Positions 18,759-29,763 of a DNA stretch of 64,000 nt are shown here, in pieces. Location of the stretch: IMG/VR virus record IMGVR_UViG_3300023179_000041, positions 42,279 through 106,278 of that record. One strand, written 5' to 3'. The notes beneath the pieces were generated by a model. That model was not told the DNA's origin. It did no database searches and saw nothing but the letters and a program-made list of their open reading frames with translations. How positions within the stretch are numbered: the first letter of the stretch is position 1; every line of letters starts with the position of its first letter. This stretch comes from a virus. A program made the position numbers and the translations under genes.

Positions 18759-21700
18759 ATGCCTGCAGCATCGAGTGGTGGTGTAACGCCCCTTAGCGTA
18801 CAAATAAAAATCACCACAACTGGTGTAAGCGCCGCAGCAAGAGGGATGGGTGCTGTTGGCAAGGCTGGCGGTTCAATGAGCAGGTCGCTTGCCGCAAGTT
18901 CAATATCTACAAGAACTCTTGGCGATGCAATGCGAATGACAGCAACCCTTATGAAATACACGGTTGTTGGCGCATTTATGAATGCTGGGAAACAAGCAAT
19001 CCAAATGCAGAGACAGTTTGAGGTGGCGTTTTCTCGGATTAAGGGCTTGGTCGTTGTTGGCGGAGACAGCGTCGACAAAATGCGAGAAAAGGTTCTCTCT
19101 CTTGCTGGAGAAACCACAAGAGCGCCATTGGAACTTGCTGATGCCCTTTATTACATCACCTCTGCCGGCATCAAAGACGCAAGTACGGCGATGGAAGTTC
19201 TTGAGTCTTCAGCGAAAGCGGCAGCAGCAGGTCTTGGAACAACCAATACCGTTGCCGACGCAATCACCTCTACATTGAATGCGTACGGACAGGAAAATTA
19301 CTCTGCGGCCAAAGCCACCGACATCCTTGTTGCCACCGTGCGTGAAGGTAAAGCAGAAGCCGATACATTTGCTCCTGCACTTGGTAAGGTTCTGCCAGTT
19401 GCTGCGGCATACGGTGCATCGTTTGAAGACGTATCTGCCGCAATCGCTGCCCTATCAAGAGGCGGTTTGTCTGCAGGAACGGCAGCCATCTATGTTCGTC
19501 AAACCCTGTCTCAGTTGCTTAAGCCATCAAAGCAAGCGCAAGAAGTTCTTGCAGGTGTTGGGACCAACGCAGACGAAATTCGCAAGAACATCCAAGAAAA
19601 AGGTTTGTTCCCAGCCCTTATGGAGTTGAGAGACCAACTTGGCGGTATTGAAAATGCTGCAGACTTTACAAAAGTCTTTGGAAACGTTCGCGCCCTAACC
19701 GCAGTTTTATCATTGGTCGGTCCTGCTGCCGAAGACAATGCAAAAATCTTTGAGCGCATGCAATCTGCCACTGGAGACTTGGACTACGCATTTGCTGCTT
19801 ACGCAGACACAACAGATGCACAGTTCAACAAAGCAATGGCAGAACAGCAGGCAGCCTTAATTAAACTCGGCGAAGCCCTTAAGCCAGTCATAACAACGTT
19901 GCTAAAACTCGGAACTGCAATATCAAAAACCCTCGGCGCATTTGTTGGGACTGGATTTGGTAAGGGATTTGCGCGCGTCGCTGCCGGTGCCGTTCTAGCG
20001 ATTGCTGCTCTTTCAACGGTAATGAAAACAATGTCTGCCCTTATTCGATTGGGTTCAAACTTAAACATCACATTGTTTGGAACTCAATTTAGATATAACG
20101 CAACAACTGGCGCCATTACAAAATATACAACTGGCACAATTACAGCGGCAACAGCAACTGGAACAATGACCAGGTCGGTTGGCGCATGGACTGTGGCAAA
20201 TGGATTCTTGGCAGGTTCAATCAGGCTCGTTGCTCTTTCCATGAATTTCTTGACCAAATCAATGACCTATATTATTCCTGTTTTGACTATTGGTTTGATG
20301 TTATTCGAAGGTTTCAAGTTTATTGCCGGAATGTTCAATAGGGGCAAAGATGGTGCTGATTCACTTGGTCAAAGTGTTGGAAAACTTAACACATTGCTCG
20401 ATGAAACCGTTAAATACGGAAGGTCAAACCTTGTATTTGACGTAACAATTAACACAGATAACGCCAATTCAATGGAGGCAATTAAGCGATTGCGTGACGA
20501 AATTGAAGAACAATCGCCGAACCTATTGCCGGACTTCAAGAACCTTGTCACAAAACAGGGCGCAGAAGCAGGAGCCCTTTATATCCAGTCAATGCTTGAC
20601 ACCGCATTTGCAGGAAATACAAAAGAGTTCAAAGACACGTTTGTGCAAATGATGCTCTCGGTCCGGCCAGATGTGGCCGCTGCTTTTAAAGAACTTGGCA
20701 GCAGCGTTGACTACGACGAAGCATTTGGTGACCCGGTTACTAACGCCGAAACATTCCAGGCCCTTGCATCTGCCGTGGCAAGTGGAGGGGATGTTATATC
20801 CAGAGCATCGATTAAGGCAGGCGATGGGCTTGAATCGTTCATTAAAAAAGTTACAGATACTGAAATGGACCAACATGCCGAAAGAAGCAAGGAGGCATTG
20901 GGCGCATATGGTCAGGCATTTACTGACACAATTCAAAACACCGGACAACTTAATCCACTTGTTGCAAATATTAAAAAGTGGCAAGCATATTTTGAATCTG
21001 CTGGCACCAATTCTACCGAACAAGCCGAAATCATTTCTCAAATTGTTGGACCGGCACTTACAGGTCTAACTGGAGATTTAGACCTTGTTGCAGATTCGAC
21101 TGGAAACTTTAGGAATGTGTTCCTAAAGACTGCCAATGAGACTGCTGCCATAAAGTTTATCGAAAATACATTTGGCGTTGAAGGAGCACGCGCTCTAGAA
21201 ATTCTTGAGGTTTTGCGCGACAGAATGAGAGCAATCCCAGAAGGTGCAGAAGGTGCAGCACAATCTGCACAAGTTCTTGTTGATGCCCTTGGTGAAATGA
21301 AAGTTAAAGCAGAAGATGTTGTTTATAGCGTTTATGACCTTGATACTGCGGTAACTGCTCTTGGCGACCGTTTTTCTGAAGGTCTGCATCCAGAAGTGCA
21401 GGGCCTCGTTGATGATTTTGATGCCGCTCAAGCGGCGCTCAAGAATTTCCAAAGAGGCCAAGAAGCCCTTATGGGCGTCACAAGGGGAATGACAGAAGCA
21501 CAAATTGACTTCCGTGACTCAATGCGAGGTTTTAGGGAAGACGCAGCGGCTGCCGGTGGAGACCTTTTCTCCGGAAGCGCCAATGCCGATAAAGCCCAAG
21601 AGGGCCTCCTTGACGCAATGGACAGCGTCCTCGAAGTGGTGAATCAGTTTGCCCTTAAGGGAGATGAGGCTGGAGCCACACGTGCGCTGGGTGAGGGAAT

Positions 21701-23660
21701 CGCTCGAATTGTCGGAGACGGGATGGCGGCAGGCTTAAATGAAGAGGATATTAATAAGTTCTTGGAAATGCACAGTTTCGGTCCCGAAATGATAAATACG
21801 CTTTTGGGCGCAAAAGATGCACAAAGCGCAAACGCCCAAAAAATTGGCAATGACCTTATGTCTGGATTTGCTACTGGTATCGAAAATGGCCGACCGTATG
21901 TTTCGCAAGCGATTGACGCTGTCGGAGATGATGTTATCGCTCGTCTTAAGCGCCGCCTTGGCATCAAGAGCCCGTCAACGGTTATGGCAAAAGAGGTTGG
22001 TAAACCGTCTGCGGAAGGTGTTGCTGTTGGGTTCAAGGCAGAAATGGCTGGTAGCGCTGGTCGAGTAATTGAAAAGTCAATGGAAAACGCCATTATGAAT
22101 GCATACAAAAAAGGTGGCTATAGGGGTGCTGGCTCTTTCTTCAAAAAGTTTCTTGAGCAAAAAGAGGATGTTGAAACTCCGGCCACTGATTATGTAAAAG
22201 CCGTAATGGGGCGAATGAAAGACATCATTGGCTCTCTTTCTGGTTATATCAAGTCTCAGTTGAATTTCCGTAAGGCTCAAGCGGACTTAGCAAAACTAAT
22301 CAATATGCAAAAGGGGCTTGATGACCGCAGAAAACGTGCTGCTCGCGAGCAGCAATATGCCCAAACAAGATTCGGCATGGGTGGCGGTGCGGAAGTAACC
22401 GGATATGAACAGGCCCAACTTGACGAATTGCAACTTGAATTTGAGCGCGTATCGCGCGATTATGCAATGGGACGTGCAACATACGTTCAACTTGTGGATG
22501 CAGAAATTGCATTGTTCGAAGCACGTGCTGCTGCATCCGAGATAAATGACACAGTCATTGATTCACAAAATAAGTTCATCGATGCATCTGTTGATGTAGA
22601 AAATAAACAACTGAATCTTGCTGATGCAACAGTAAACGTTCTTTCGGCTTATCAGGGTGTTCAGGAAGCGGCAGCGGAACTTTATAAAAATCATAAAGAA
22701 CTTGAGACTGTTTATAACAATTTGGCAACAGCAACAGGAATCGCCAGTGGGAAGTTGCAAATTGGCACAACCGACCTGACTACTTTGGGTGGAGAGGTTG
22801 GCAAATATGGTGGATACGTGTCCACCGTTGGAGGATATGTTTCGACTCTTGGAAACAATGTCACGGTAACTGGGCAAGCCTTTAACACAACTCTTTACGG
22901 CGAAAATGGAGTATTTGCAAACATCATAAAGGCTGGCGGAAACGTAAAAACTCTTACGGCTGGCATTGGAGCAGATTTTACAAATCTTGCAAGAGGCCTT
23001 CTTGACACAGATAGCCAAATGTACAAAGACCTGAAATCATTGGGGCCAGCAATTTTTAAAGCCATTCAAAGTTCAGCAAACGAATCATTCGCTAAGTCGC
23101 CACTTGTTCTGAAAATCCCAGTAAGTGCAATTATTGACACTGGCGGCGGCGGCGGCTACAAAGAGCCCGATGACAAGTCGGGCGCTGGACTTGGAACAAA
23201 GCCAATGACATATTCACAATGGCTGGCTAGTTCAAAGACATCAATTGAAAATGCCGCTTGGGCAAGTTTTGGCAGCCAATACGGAGGAGGAGGTCAAGCA
23301 GTTAGGAGCCAATTGATTGATTCCGGTGCATTTGATAGGCGATATCAGAGTCTTTTGACTAGCGAATGGGATAAGTATCTTCAAGGATTTAAGGCTGTTG
23401 GCGGACCAGTTACAGGAAATATGCCATATGTCGTTGGTGAGCGCGGACCAGAAATGTTTGTTCCAAAAGTTTCCGGAACAATCGTTACCAACTCAGCACT
23501 TGACCGATATGCGCGAAATACACAACGTCAGACAGCGACATCACAGGCATCATCTGGTCATCCTATTATTGTCACGGTCAATAACCCAGTCCCGGCAGCA
23601 GCAGAGGATTCAATTACTCGCCGCATGAAGGTTCTGGCAAATAGCGGATTGTTTGGGTGA
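18759..23660 (+). CDS. tape measure protein (TP901-type)
   Basis: ~1630 aa Ala/Gly-rich helical; ADALYYITSAG, LGIKSPS, VGERGPEMFVP. Confidence 0.95.
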   Translation: MPAASSGGVTPLSVQIKITTTGVSAAARGMGAVGKAGGSMSRSLAASSISTRTLGDAMRMTATLMKYTVVGAFMNAGKQAIQMQRQFEVAFSRIKGLVVVGGDSVDKMREKVLSLAGETTRAPLELADALYYITSAGIKDASTAMEVLESSAKAAAAGLGTTNTVADAITSTLNAYGQENYSAAKATDILVATVREGKAEADTFAPALGKVLPVAAAYGASFEDVSAAIAALSRGGLSAGTAAIYVRQTLSQLLKPSKQAQEVLAGVGTNADEIRKNIQEKGLFPALMELRDQLGGIENAADFTKVFGNVRALTAVLSLVGPAAEDNAKIFERMQSATGDLDYAFAAYADTTDAQFNKAMAEQQAALIKLGEALKPVITTLLKLGTAISKTLGAFVGTGFGKGFARVAAGAVLAIAALSTVMKTMSALIRLGSNLNITLFGTQFRYNATTGAITKYTTGTITAATATGTMTRSVGAWTVANGFLAGSIRLVALSMNFLTKSMTYIIPVLTIGLMLFEGFKFIAGMFNRGKDGADSLGQSVGKLNTLLDETVKYGRSNLVFDVTINTDNANSMEAIKRLRDEIEEQSPNLLPDFKNLVTKQGAEAGALYIQSMLDTAFAGNTKEFKDTFVQMMLSVRPDVAAAFKELGSSVDYDEAFGDPVTNAETFQALASAVASGGDVISRASIKAGDGLESFIKKVTDTEMDQHAERSKEALGAYGQAFTDTIQNTGQLNPLVANIKKWQAYFESAGTNSTEQAEIISQIVGPALTGLTGDLDLVADSTGNFRNVFLKTANETAAIKFIENTFGVEGARALEILEVLRDRMRAIPEGAEGAAQSAQVLVDALGEMKVKAEDVVYSVYDLDTAVTALGDRFSEGLHPEVQGLVDDFDAAQAALKNFQRGQEALMGVTRGMTEAQIDFRDSMRGFREDAAAAGGDLFSGSANADKAQEGLLDAMDSVLEVVNQFALKGDEAGATRALGEGIARIVGDGMAAGLNEEDINKFLEMHSFGPEMINTLLGAKDAQSANAQKIGNDLMSGFATGIENGRPYVSQAIDAVGDDVIARLKRRLGIKSPSTVMAKEVGKPSAEGVAVGFKAEMAGSAGRVIEKSMENAIMNAYKKGGYRGAGSFFKKFLEQKEDVETPATDYVKAVMGRMKDIIGSLSGYIKSQLNFRKAQADLAKLINMQKGLDDRRKRAAREQQYAQTRFGMGGGAEVTGYEQAQLDELQLEFERVSRDYAMGRATYVQLVDAEIALFEARAAASEINDTVIDSQNKFIDASVDVENKQLNLADATVNVLSAYQGVQEAAAELYKNHKELETVYNNLATATGIASGKLQIGTTDLTTLGGEVGKYGGYVSTVGGYVSTLGNNVTVTGQAFNTTLYGENGVFANIIKAGGNVKTLTAGIGADFTNLARGLLDTDSQMYKDLKSLGPAIFKAIQSSANESFAKSPLVLKIPVSAIIDTGGGGGYKEPDDKSGAGLGTKPMTYSQWLASSKTSIENAAWASFGSQYGGGGQAVRSQLIDSGAFDRRYQSLLTSEWDKYLQGFKAVGGPVTGNMPYVVGERGPEMFVPKVSGTIVTNSALDRYARNTQRQTATSQASSGHPIIVTVNNPVPAAAEDSITRRMKVLANSGLFG

Positions 23661-23665
23661 CATAG

Positions 23666-24538
23666 ATGGCCACAGCGCTTCCAACTGTTCTTGAGTGGTA
23701 TGACGTCAATGGCGTAGAACTAGCCACACACGGCTACATGCTCTCCAGCGTTGAACGAGGCATTCCGGCCAAAAAAGGCGACAACGTTGGGTCAGCAATC
23801 ATTCATGGCACTCAGTGGCGCGAGAAGCGCCTTGAGGCACGTACAGAAACATGGACGATTTGGATTACGGACAATGACCCGGTATCTGGCTCTGTTGCCG
23901 CTACGGAAGCGGGACGCCGTTCTCAGTTTAACGAAAACTACGACACAGTATTTAATCTACTCAACGAAATGCCAGAACTTCTTACTATCACTCATGTTCG
24001 CATTAATCCAGACAACCCCTCAAATTATTCATCGCGAGTTGCATATGGCGAGATTGTTAACGCAGTTACGGTATCTGACCATCGTGACTTGAATGTCACG
24101 GAGTTTTCAGTCGACGTGCAGTTCCCGGACCCACGCTGGTTTGCACCAACGTCCTCGTCTGCTTCTGCGGCTTTTGCTGGTTCAAATGTCGCTGTTCCAA
24201 TGCCCGCATCTGCTATCGGTACGGCTCCTGTTACATACATGACTATCACGTTCACATCGACATCAAATCTGACTAATCCGCGATTGACAAATGAAACCTA
24301 TGCGAACAGCCTCAGTTCTATTGGCTATACAGGGACGATTCCTACGGGACAATCAGTAATAATTGATACCGATGCTTTAACGCTTGAGAAAAGTAGCGTT
24401 AATGAAATCAGCAAACTGTATAGGGCTGGCTCCAGGCAGTCTTGGTTCGAATTGTTTCCGATAGCAAACGATTTGACCTTTTCCGCACAGTCTGGAACTG
24501 GTACAGTAACTATTTCTTATAGGAAGGCTTATTACTAA
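23666..24538 (+). CDS. distal tail (Dit-like) protein
   Basis: follows tape measure; F..DPRWF motif; ends YRKAYY. Confidence 0.75.
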   Translation: MATALPTVLEWYDVNGVELATHGYMLSSVERGIPAKKGDNVGSAIIHGTQWREKRLEARTETWTIWITDNDPVSGSVAATEAGRRSQFNENYDTVFNLLNEMPELLTITHVRINPDNPSNYSSRVAYGEIVNAVTVSDHRDLNVTEFSVDVQFPDPRWFAPTSSSASAAFAGSNVAVPMPASAIGTAPVTYMTITFTSTSNLTNPRLTNETYANSLSSIGYTGTIPTGQSVIIDTDALTLEKSSVNEISKLYRAGSRQSWFELFPIANDLTFSAQSGTGTVTISYRKAYY

Positions 24539-27500
24539 TGGCAAAGACAACCTGGGATGTTTGGGTTGTTCTGGCCAATAATCCAAACCAAACCATCGCC
24601 TACGTTCCGCGCTGGAAAACAATTCAGTTCTCTGACCAACTAAACGATGTTGGCTCGGCGACTCTTGAACATGATTTCTCTGACCCATTTTTTGCTGCCT
24701 TCCAAGCGGACCGTGGCGATTCGCTTCTTGACGGACCATACGCACTTCAGGTGCGTCGAGATGGAACTCCAGTATTTACGTTTTTTATTGAAGATGTTCA
24801 AGTCGACCGCGCAGGAGTAAGCCAGGCCCTGACCATGGGCGGAAGAGGAATTGCCTCTGCAATGGAGTGGGCAATTGTATTGCCAGAAGATTTTTCAAAT
24901 CAAATCCGTGTAACTGCCGGGACAACACAAAGGCCTCGATTCTTTGACCGCCTATTTCCTGGTTATGCATACAACGTTCGCGTAGCGACGACTGGCAATC
25001 TTTCTGCAACCTATTCGAATGGCCCACAAACTGACGTTCCTGGTGCTGGCGCTCGACTAACCGCAACATCGAATGGGTCAATTAATAATGCCGGTATTGA
25101 CGGTTTGACAGATTTGGTTGTTGGAGACACCGTCCTGGTAAAGAATCAAACGAATGCAGCACACAATGGTGTTTACTGGATTGCAACGATTGGTGGGGCT
25201 TCTGAGCCGTGGATTTTGCAGCGAACAGCACGAGCAGATGGCTCACCAATAGGTGACCTTGCTGTCGACAATACGGCTTTTGTAACTGATGGAACGACCA
25301 ACGGATACACGTCGTGGCGAATTTCAGACAATGGTTCTTTGTCCAATTCAAATCAGGTTGGAACAAACAATATTGTTTGGTCTTCTGTCAGTCTTGGCTC
25401 ATTTACTGGCATTTCAGCCTTTTACATTCTCTTTAAAGAGGCAGATACTGGCTACGAATACTCTACAAAGAAAGCAGATTTTGGAACGGTCAAAACGCTT
25501 TACGGACGTGGTGGAACTGGCTATGCGGTGGACTGGCCACTATCACTTGATGCAACGCTCAATGCCTCGATGGGCAAGACTGATTCAAAAGGACATGTCG
25601 TTCAAGACGGTGGCAATTTCAACATTGCGGTAGGCCGTACAATTCTTGACGTATTAAATGAAGTAGCCAGCAATACAGGTGTTGATTGGCACGTTGCGCC
25701 CACTGGCGCAATAAGTATTGCGGTTCGCCCGTTTTCAACGGCGACGGTTGTCTTTGATGACCCATTTGGGAACGACCTTACAAGTGGTTCTGCTGCGCTG
25801 TTGTTCAGCCTTCCAATGCTTGAGCAAGTAGAGACACGCACGTCTGTTGCAGAACTTCGAACTGTTGTATATGGTTCTGACGGATTCAATCTCGACAGGC
25901 AAATATCTGACCGTACTGGTATTTATGGTTTCCGCGAAACATTTATTGAAAACACAAGTGACGATGCTCCCGCGGTGGCAAACATAACTGCAGCGGCAGT
26001 CCGACAGGTTCGTGATGGAAAACTTCAAATCACGACATCATTTGCCGAAAGAGATGGGATGATTGCGTGGGAAGATTTTGGAATTGGCGACAAGGTTTTG
26101 GTTGAAATCGATACAGGAGTTTTTAGCGAACGGATTATTAGCGCCATCGGTGCGTCGGTGGATGAAAATGGTAATGAAACAGTCGAGGTTACGTTTGGCG
26201 ATGTGTTTCAGGACTTGGCCAGCAATCTTAAATACGCAGCGAATTACGGACGCTTATCTGCCGCTGAGATACCGACATTCACACTGCGAGGCACGTCGTC
26301 TCAGCCAACAAAAGCCACCGGAACATCAATCGGGGCAGAAGTTCAGGGTTTAAGCAACCGTGTTGTTGCCTCATGGGTCCCTGCAGACAATACAAGTGCC
26401 GCGCAATATGAGGCAATTGTTTATAGGGAAGAACAAAACTCTGTTGGGATTGCAATAACTTATCCAATAGTAAATATTTACCGTGATGGGAATATCGCAT
26501 ACTGTCAAGTTGATTCTGCTCACGGTTTTGATGTTGGTGACCGCATAAACATATACGACACGACAAATGACTATTTTGACCGCACAAGCGTGTTTCTAAC
26601 TAGCGCGAGCGGTGCTTACTTTACATTTAACGATGCCGGCCCAGACATTGATAGCGGGACATATACAAGCGGAGATGTTGTTCGAGTTGTCGAGCGCCAC
26701 TCCACATTTGTGCCAGCAAATCAAACATCTGCGACTTTTGAAAACCTTGCCGCGCCAGGACGTGAATATCAATTTACCGTTTTACCTTATACGTCAAATG
26801 GCCAAGCCGGTCTTCCAGCCGACCCAATCTCGTTTACTGCTTCCGCTAGCGCGCAAATACTTTTAGGCGGTGCAATTCGTTCAAATAACTATGTTCAGAA
26901 TACAAGCGGATGGACAATTGAGCACGATGGTTTTGCTGAATTAAACAATTTGATTGTTCGCAACGGTACATGGGTTCAAGGAACTCTGACTGCGCCAACG
27001 CTGCAAACCGCAACATCAAACCCAAAACTGGTAATTACATCAGCCGGATTGTATGCATATAACAGTGCTGGAGATATAGTTACGTCGATTGCTTCGACAA
27101 CTGGAGCATTTTCTACTGTTTCTGGTGCGTTTTCTGGCACTATTAACGTTGGCGGTAATGATGCAACATCTTTTCACGTTGACACAAACGGGAATATGTG
27201 GATTGGTGCAACAACGTTTGCTTCTGCGCCGTTTAGGGTTTCCAGTGCAGGAGAACTGACGGCCACAAGCGGAACTTTTAGCGGCGCATTTGCTGGCACG
27301 TTGGATATTGGAGGTAGCGACACAACCTCATTTCACGTTGACACTGCTGGGAACATGTGGCTTGGTGCTGCTACTTATGCCGCGGCTCCGTTCAAAGTAA
27401 GTAATGCTGGCGCACTGTCTGCAACTGGTGCAACCGTTACAGGCACCATAAATGCTTCGAGTGGAACGATTGGAAATCTTTCTATCAGCGATGGTGCAAT

Positions 27501-28347
27501 CACATATGCCGACTCAAGTAGCCGATTTCTGCGATTGGGTCCGCAGTCATGGCCGGATAATAACAGCGCTGCATCTCTTGTTATTTCTACAACAGTTGGA
27601 GGGGGTTCTTACACCAGAATTTTATCAACAGGTATCAATACACCATCAATAACTTCTGATGTCTTCTATGGGAGTTTTGCGCGAATTGACGATTATCGAA
27701 ACAGTGCTGGAGGAAATGCAAACTTTTTTGGAACTTTATACGGAAATATAACTGGGAATGCTGCCACCGCAGATAGTGCAAATAATGCAAATAATGCAAA
27801 TTACGCAAGCAATGCTGGTGCTGTTAGCGGATACGCAGTAAGTACTGGATTTGGAAGTACCAACAGCCTCCCAGTGCGCGAAGGTGATGCATCGATTGGT
27901 GCTCAATACTTTAGATTTGATGGCGGAGCATCAATCAATCCAGGACAAGGCCAAGAAATTCGCGTTCGTAATGATGGTTATATTTTGCGTTATAATTCCA
28001 GACGTGACCTTAAGGAGCAAATTCAAAACATAGAACCAGATTTTGCTATAAATTTGATTCAATCACTTCAGCCGGTATCTTTTAGGTGGAAAACAAATGA
28101 TTATGACGACCCTGTTTTTGCAGAACATACAAGCACGTATAAAGAATTTGGTTTTATCGCAGAAGATGTTGCTGCGGTAACTCCGCATTTGGCTAGTTTC
28201 CGAACTAATGAAGGCGGAACTGGCATTGCCCCATCATCGTGGCAGTCAAACGGGCTTATATCAATATCCGTTTCTGCCATTAAGGGGCTTATTGTCGAAA
28301 TTAATGCGTTGAAAGACCGTATTTCGGCGCTAGAATCTCAGCCATGA
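24538..28347 (+). CDS. large tail tip/fibre protein with FN3-like region and C-terminal S74-type chaperone
   Basis: LVKNQTNAAHNGVY fibre motif; S.R..KEQI...LQPVSF.WK...FGFIAEDV. Confidence 0.85.
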   Translation: MAKTTWDVWVVLANNPNQTIAYVPRWKTIQFSDQLNDVGSATLEHDFSDPFFAAFQADRGDSLLDGPYALQVRRDGTPVFTFFIEDVQVDRAGVSQALTMGGRGIASAMEWAIVLPEDFSNQIRVTAGTTQRPRFFDRLFPGYAYNVRVATTGNLSATYSNGPQTDVPGAGARLTATSNGSINNAGIDGLTDLVVGDTVLVKNQTNAAHNGVYWIATIGGASEPWILQRTARADGSPIGDLAVDNTAFVTDGTTNGYTSWRISDNGSLSNSNQVGTNNIVWSSVSLGSFTGISAFYILFKEADTGYEYSTKKADFGTVKTLYGRGGTGYAVDWPLSLDATLNASMGKTDSKGHVVQDGGNFNIAVGRTILDVLNEVASNTGVDWHVAPTGAISIAVRPFSTATVVFDDPFGNDLTSGSAALLFSLPMLEQVETRTSVAELRTVVYGSDGFNLDRQISDRTGIYGFRETFIENTSDDAPAVANITAAAVRQVRDGKLQITTSFAERDGMIAWEDFGIGDKVLVEIDTGVFSERIISAIGASVDENGNETVEVTFGDVFQDLASNLKYAANYGRLSAAEIPTFTLRGTSSQPTKATGTSIGAEVQGLSNRVVASWVPADNTSAAQYEAIVYREEQNSVGIAITYPIVNIYRDGNIAYCQVDSAHGFDVGDRINIYDTTNDYFDRTSVFLTSASGAYFTFNDAGPDIDSGTYTSGDVVRVVERHSTFVPANQTSATFENLAAPGREYQFTVLPYTSNGQAGLPADPISFTASASAQILLGGAIRSNNYVQNTSGWTIEHDGFAELNNLIVRNGTWVQGTLTAPTLQTATSNPKLVITSAGLYAYNSAGDIVTSIASTTGAFSTVSGAFSGTINVGGNDATSFHVDTNGNMWIGATTFASAPFRVSSAGELTATSGTFSGAFAGTLDIGGSDTTSFHVDTAGNMWLGAATYAAAPFKVSNAGALSATGATVTGTINASSGTIGNLSISDGAITYADSSSRFLRLGPQSWPDNNSAASLVISTTVGGGSYTRILSTGINTPSITSDVFYGSFARIDDYRNSAGGNANFFGTLYGNITGNAATADSANNANNANYASNAGAVSGYAVSTGFGSTNSLPVREGDASIGAQYFRFDGGASINPGQGQEIRVRNDGYILRYNSRRDLKEQIQNIEPDFAINLIQSLQPVSFRWKTNDYDDPVFAEHTSTYKEFGFIAEDVAAVTPHLASFRTNEGGTGIAPSSWQSNGLISISVSAIKGLIVEINALKDRISALESQP

Positions 28348-28502
28348 CCAACAGTAGACCACAGCCAGACATAAACGTAGTTATCGCCGAATTGTCCATC
28401 CAGGTGGCCAATTTAACCCGTGAAAACGCCATTCTTAAGGCCACAATTCAGGCTATGCAGGGCACAAAAACAACAGATGGCGGCGAGTTGGAAACCGAAT
28501 AA
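28344..28502 (+). CDS. small coiled-coil protein (52 aa, below ORF track cutoff)
   Basis: ATGA overlap; VIAELSIQVANLTRENAILKA. Confidence 0.6.
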   Translation: MTNSRPQPDINVVIAELSIQVANLTRENAILKATIQAMQGTKTTDGGELETE

Positions 28503-28555
28503 CACCCCGGCTATACTGTTAGTACAACATAACCACAAACAAGTTAGGAGGGCGT

Positions 28556-29404
28556 ATGCCCGTAAACTTTGACGATTACATCTCCACCTCACTGAGGTGG
28601 GCAATGTTTAAGGCAGATTGGCCTGATGCCACTGTCGAATTCTCAGAAGGGACTGCTGGCGATGCTGGTATTCCTTCGTCTTTCCACAAGAAAGATGAGA
28701 AGGTGTGCATTGCGACAATCACCCGATTCGTTGGCGATAAGCGCCCAATGATTGGCTACAAGACGCTTTCTGATGCTCGCTCGCGCGATACCGATTCGTG
28801 GAACGTCCTTTGCTCAAAGGCAATGGGCCGTGCGCTGAAGAAGGCTGGCTATCCAGACAACATGAACGACCTCAAGGTCTGGATGCGTTTTCGAGAGGCA
28901 ACTGGCAGTGCAACTCCTGCCCAACCAAAGCAGGTTTCGCAGATGGAGACAAAGTCGGTTGTCGCTGGAGTTTCATTGACTCAGCCACAACTCCCGATTG
29001 AGTCCAAAGAGCAGCCGGTCAAGAAGCCACTTATGGACTGGCCAAATGAGACGGAGCGCGAAGAGGCGCACCGCCTATTCAAGCAGTCTTGCTCTGACCT
29101 CTCGCCTGACGACCTTGAGACTTTGCGTGACGCTCACGACAAACTCAATAACCGTGCTTGGCCAATGCCCAAAGCGGAATTGAACACTCTTATCATCACG
29201 CTTGAAGGCATCCGTTCAAACAAAAAAGAGAGCGGAACAATCGGCATTGACGCAGTGAAGTCAATGTACGATTTCTCTTCTCCGAGCATTCAGGCAATCG
29301 TTCGTGAAAAACTTGGCAACCCAGAATCTTGGCCAGCCGAGTTGAGCGAGGCTGAGTACGACCAGATGGTTCAGGTGTTTGAGGCTGCTTCGGAAGCCGA
29401 ATGA
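28556..29404 (+). CDS. putative ssDNA-annealing/recombination protein (Rad52/Sak-like)
   Basis: FKADWPD...CSKAMGRALKKAGY resembles phage annealase N-domains; own promoter and AGGAGG SD. Confidence 0.45.
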   Translation: MPVNFDDYISTSLRWAMFKADWPDATVEFSEGTAGDAGIPSSFHKKDEKVCIATITRFVGDKRPMIGYKTLSDARSRDTDSWNVLCSKAMGRALKKAGYPDNMNDLKVWMRFREATGSATPAQPKQVSQMETKSVVAGVSLTQPQLPIESKEQPVKKPLMDWPNETEREEAHRLFKQSCSDLSPDDLETLRDAHDKLNNRAWPMPKAELNTLIITLEGIRSNKKESGTIGIDAVKSMYDFSSPSIQAIVREKLGNPESWPAELSEAEYDQMVQVFEAASEAE

Positions 29405-29763
29405 CGTCGTATATCGACGGAACAATGCCAGAACAATTCGTCACAAAAGTTGTTGGTGTCTCTTTCGTGGAGGCATATCCAGAGAACATTTATGCGCTTG
29501 CCAAAGATACGGCAATCATGAATGCCCCCCTGTCTCTAGTCAGAGACCCCAACAACGAGCATGATAAATATGCGATTCGCGTTGAGGCATTCAATGGCGC
29601 ACTTGGTCATCTGCCAAGGCTGATATCGCTGATTCTGGCCCCGAAACTAGATGCTGGAGAAGTGTGGAATGCTTCCGTCCATTCCATCGTTGTCTCTAGC
29701 GAAAATGTAAATCAACCAGGTATAAAAATTCACGTTTGGAGAACCAGCAATGAGAATGGATGA
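29401..29763 (+). CDS. HIRAN domain protein
   Basis: VVGVSF...LVRDPNNEHDKYAIRV...LGHLPR. Confidence 0.85.
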   Translation: MTSYIDGTMPEQFVTKVVGVSFVEAYPENIYALAKDTAIMNAPLSLVRDPNNEHDKYAIRVEAFNGALGHLPRLISLILAPKLDAGEVWNASVHSIVVSSENVNQPGIKIHVWRTSNENG

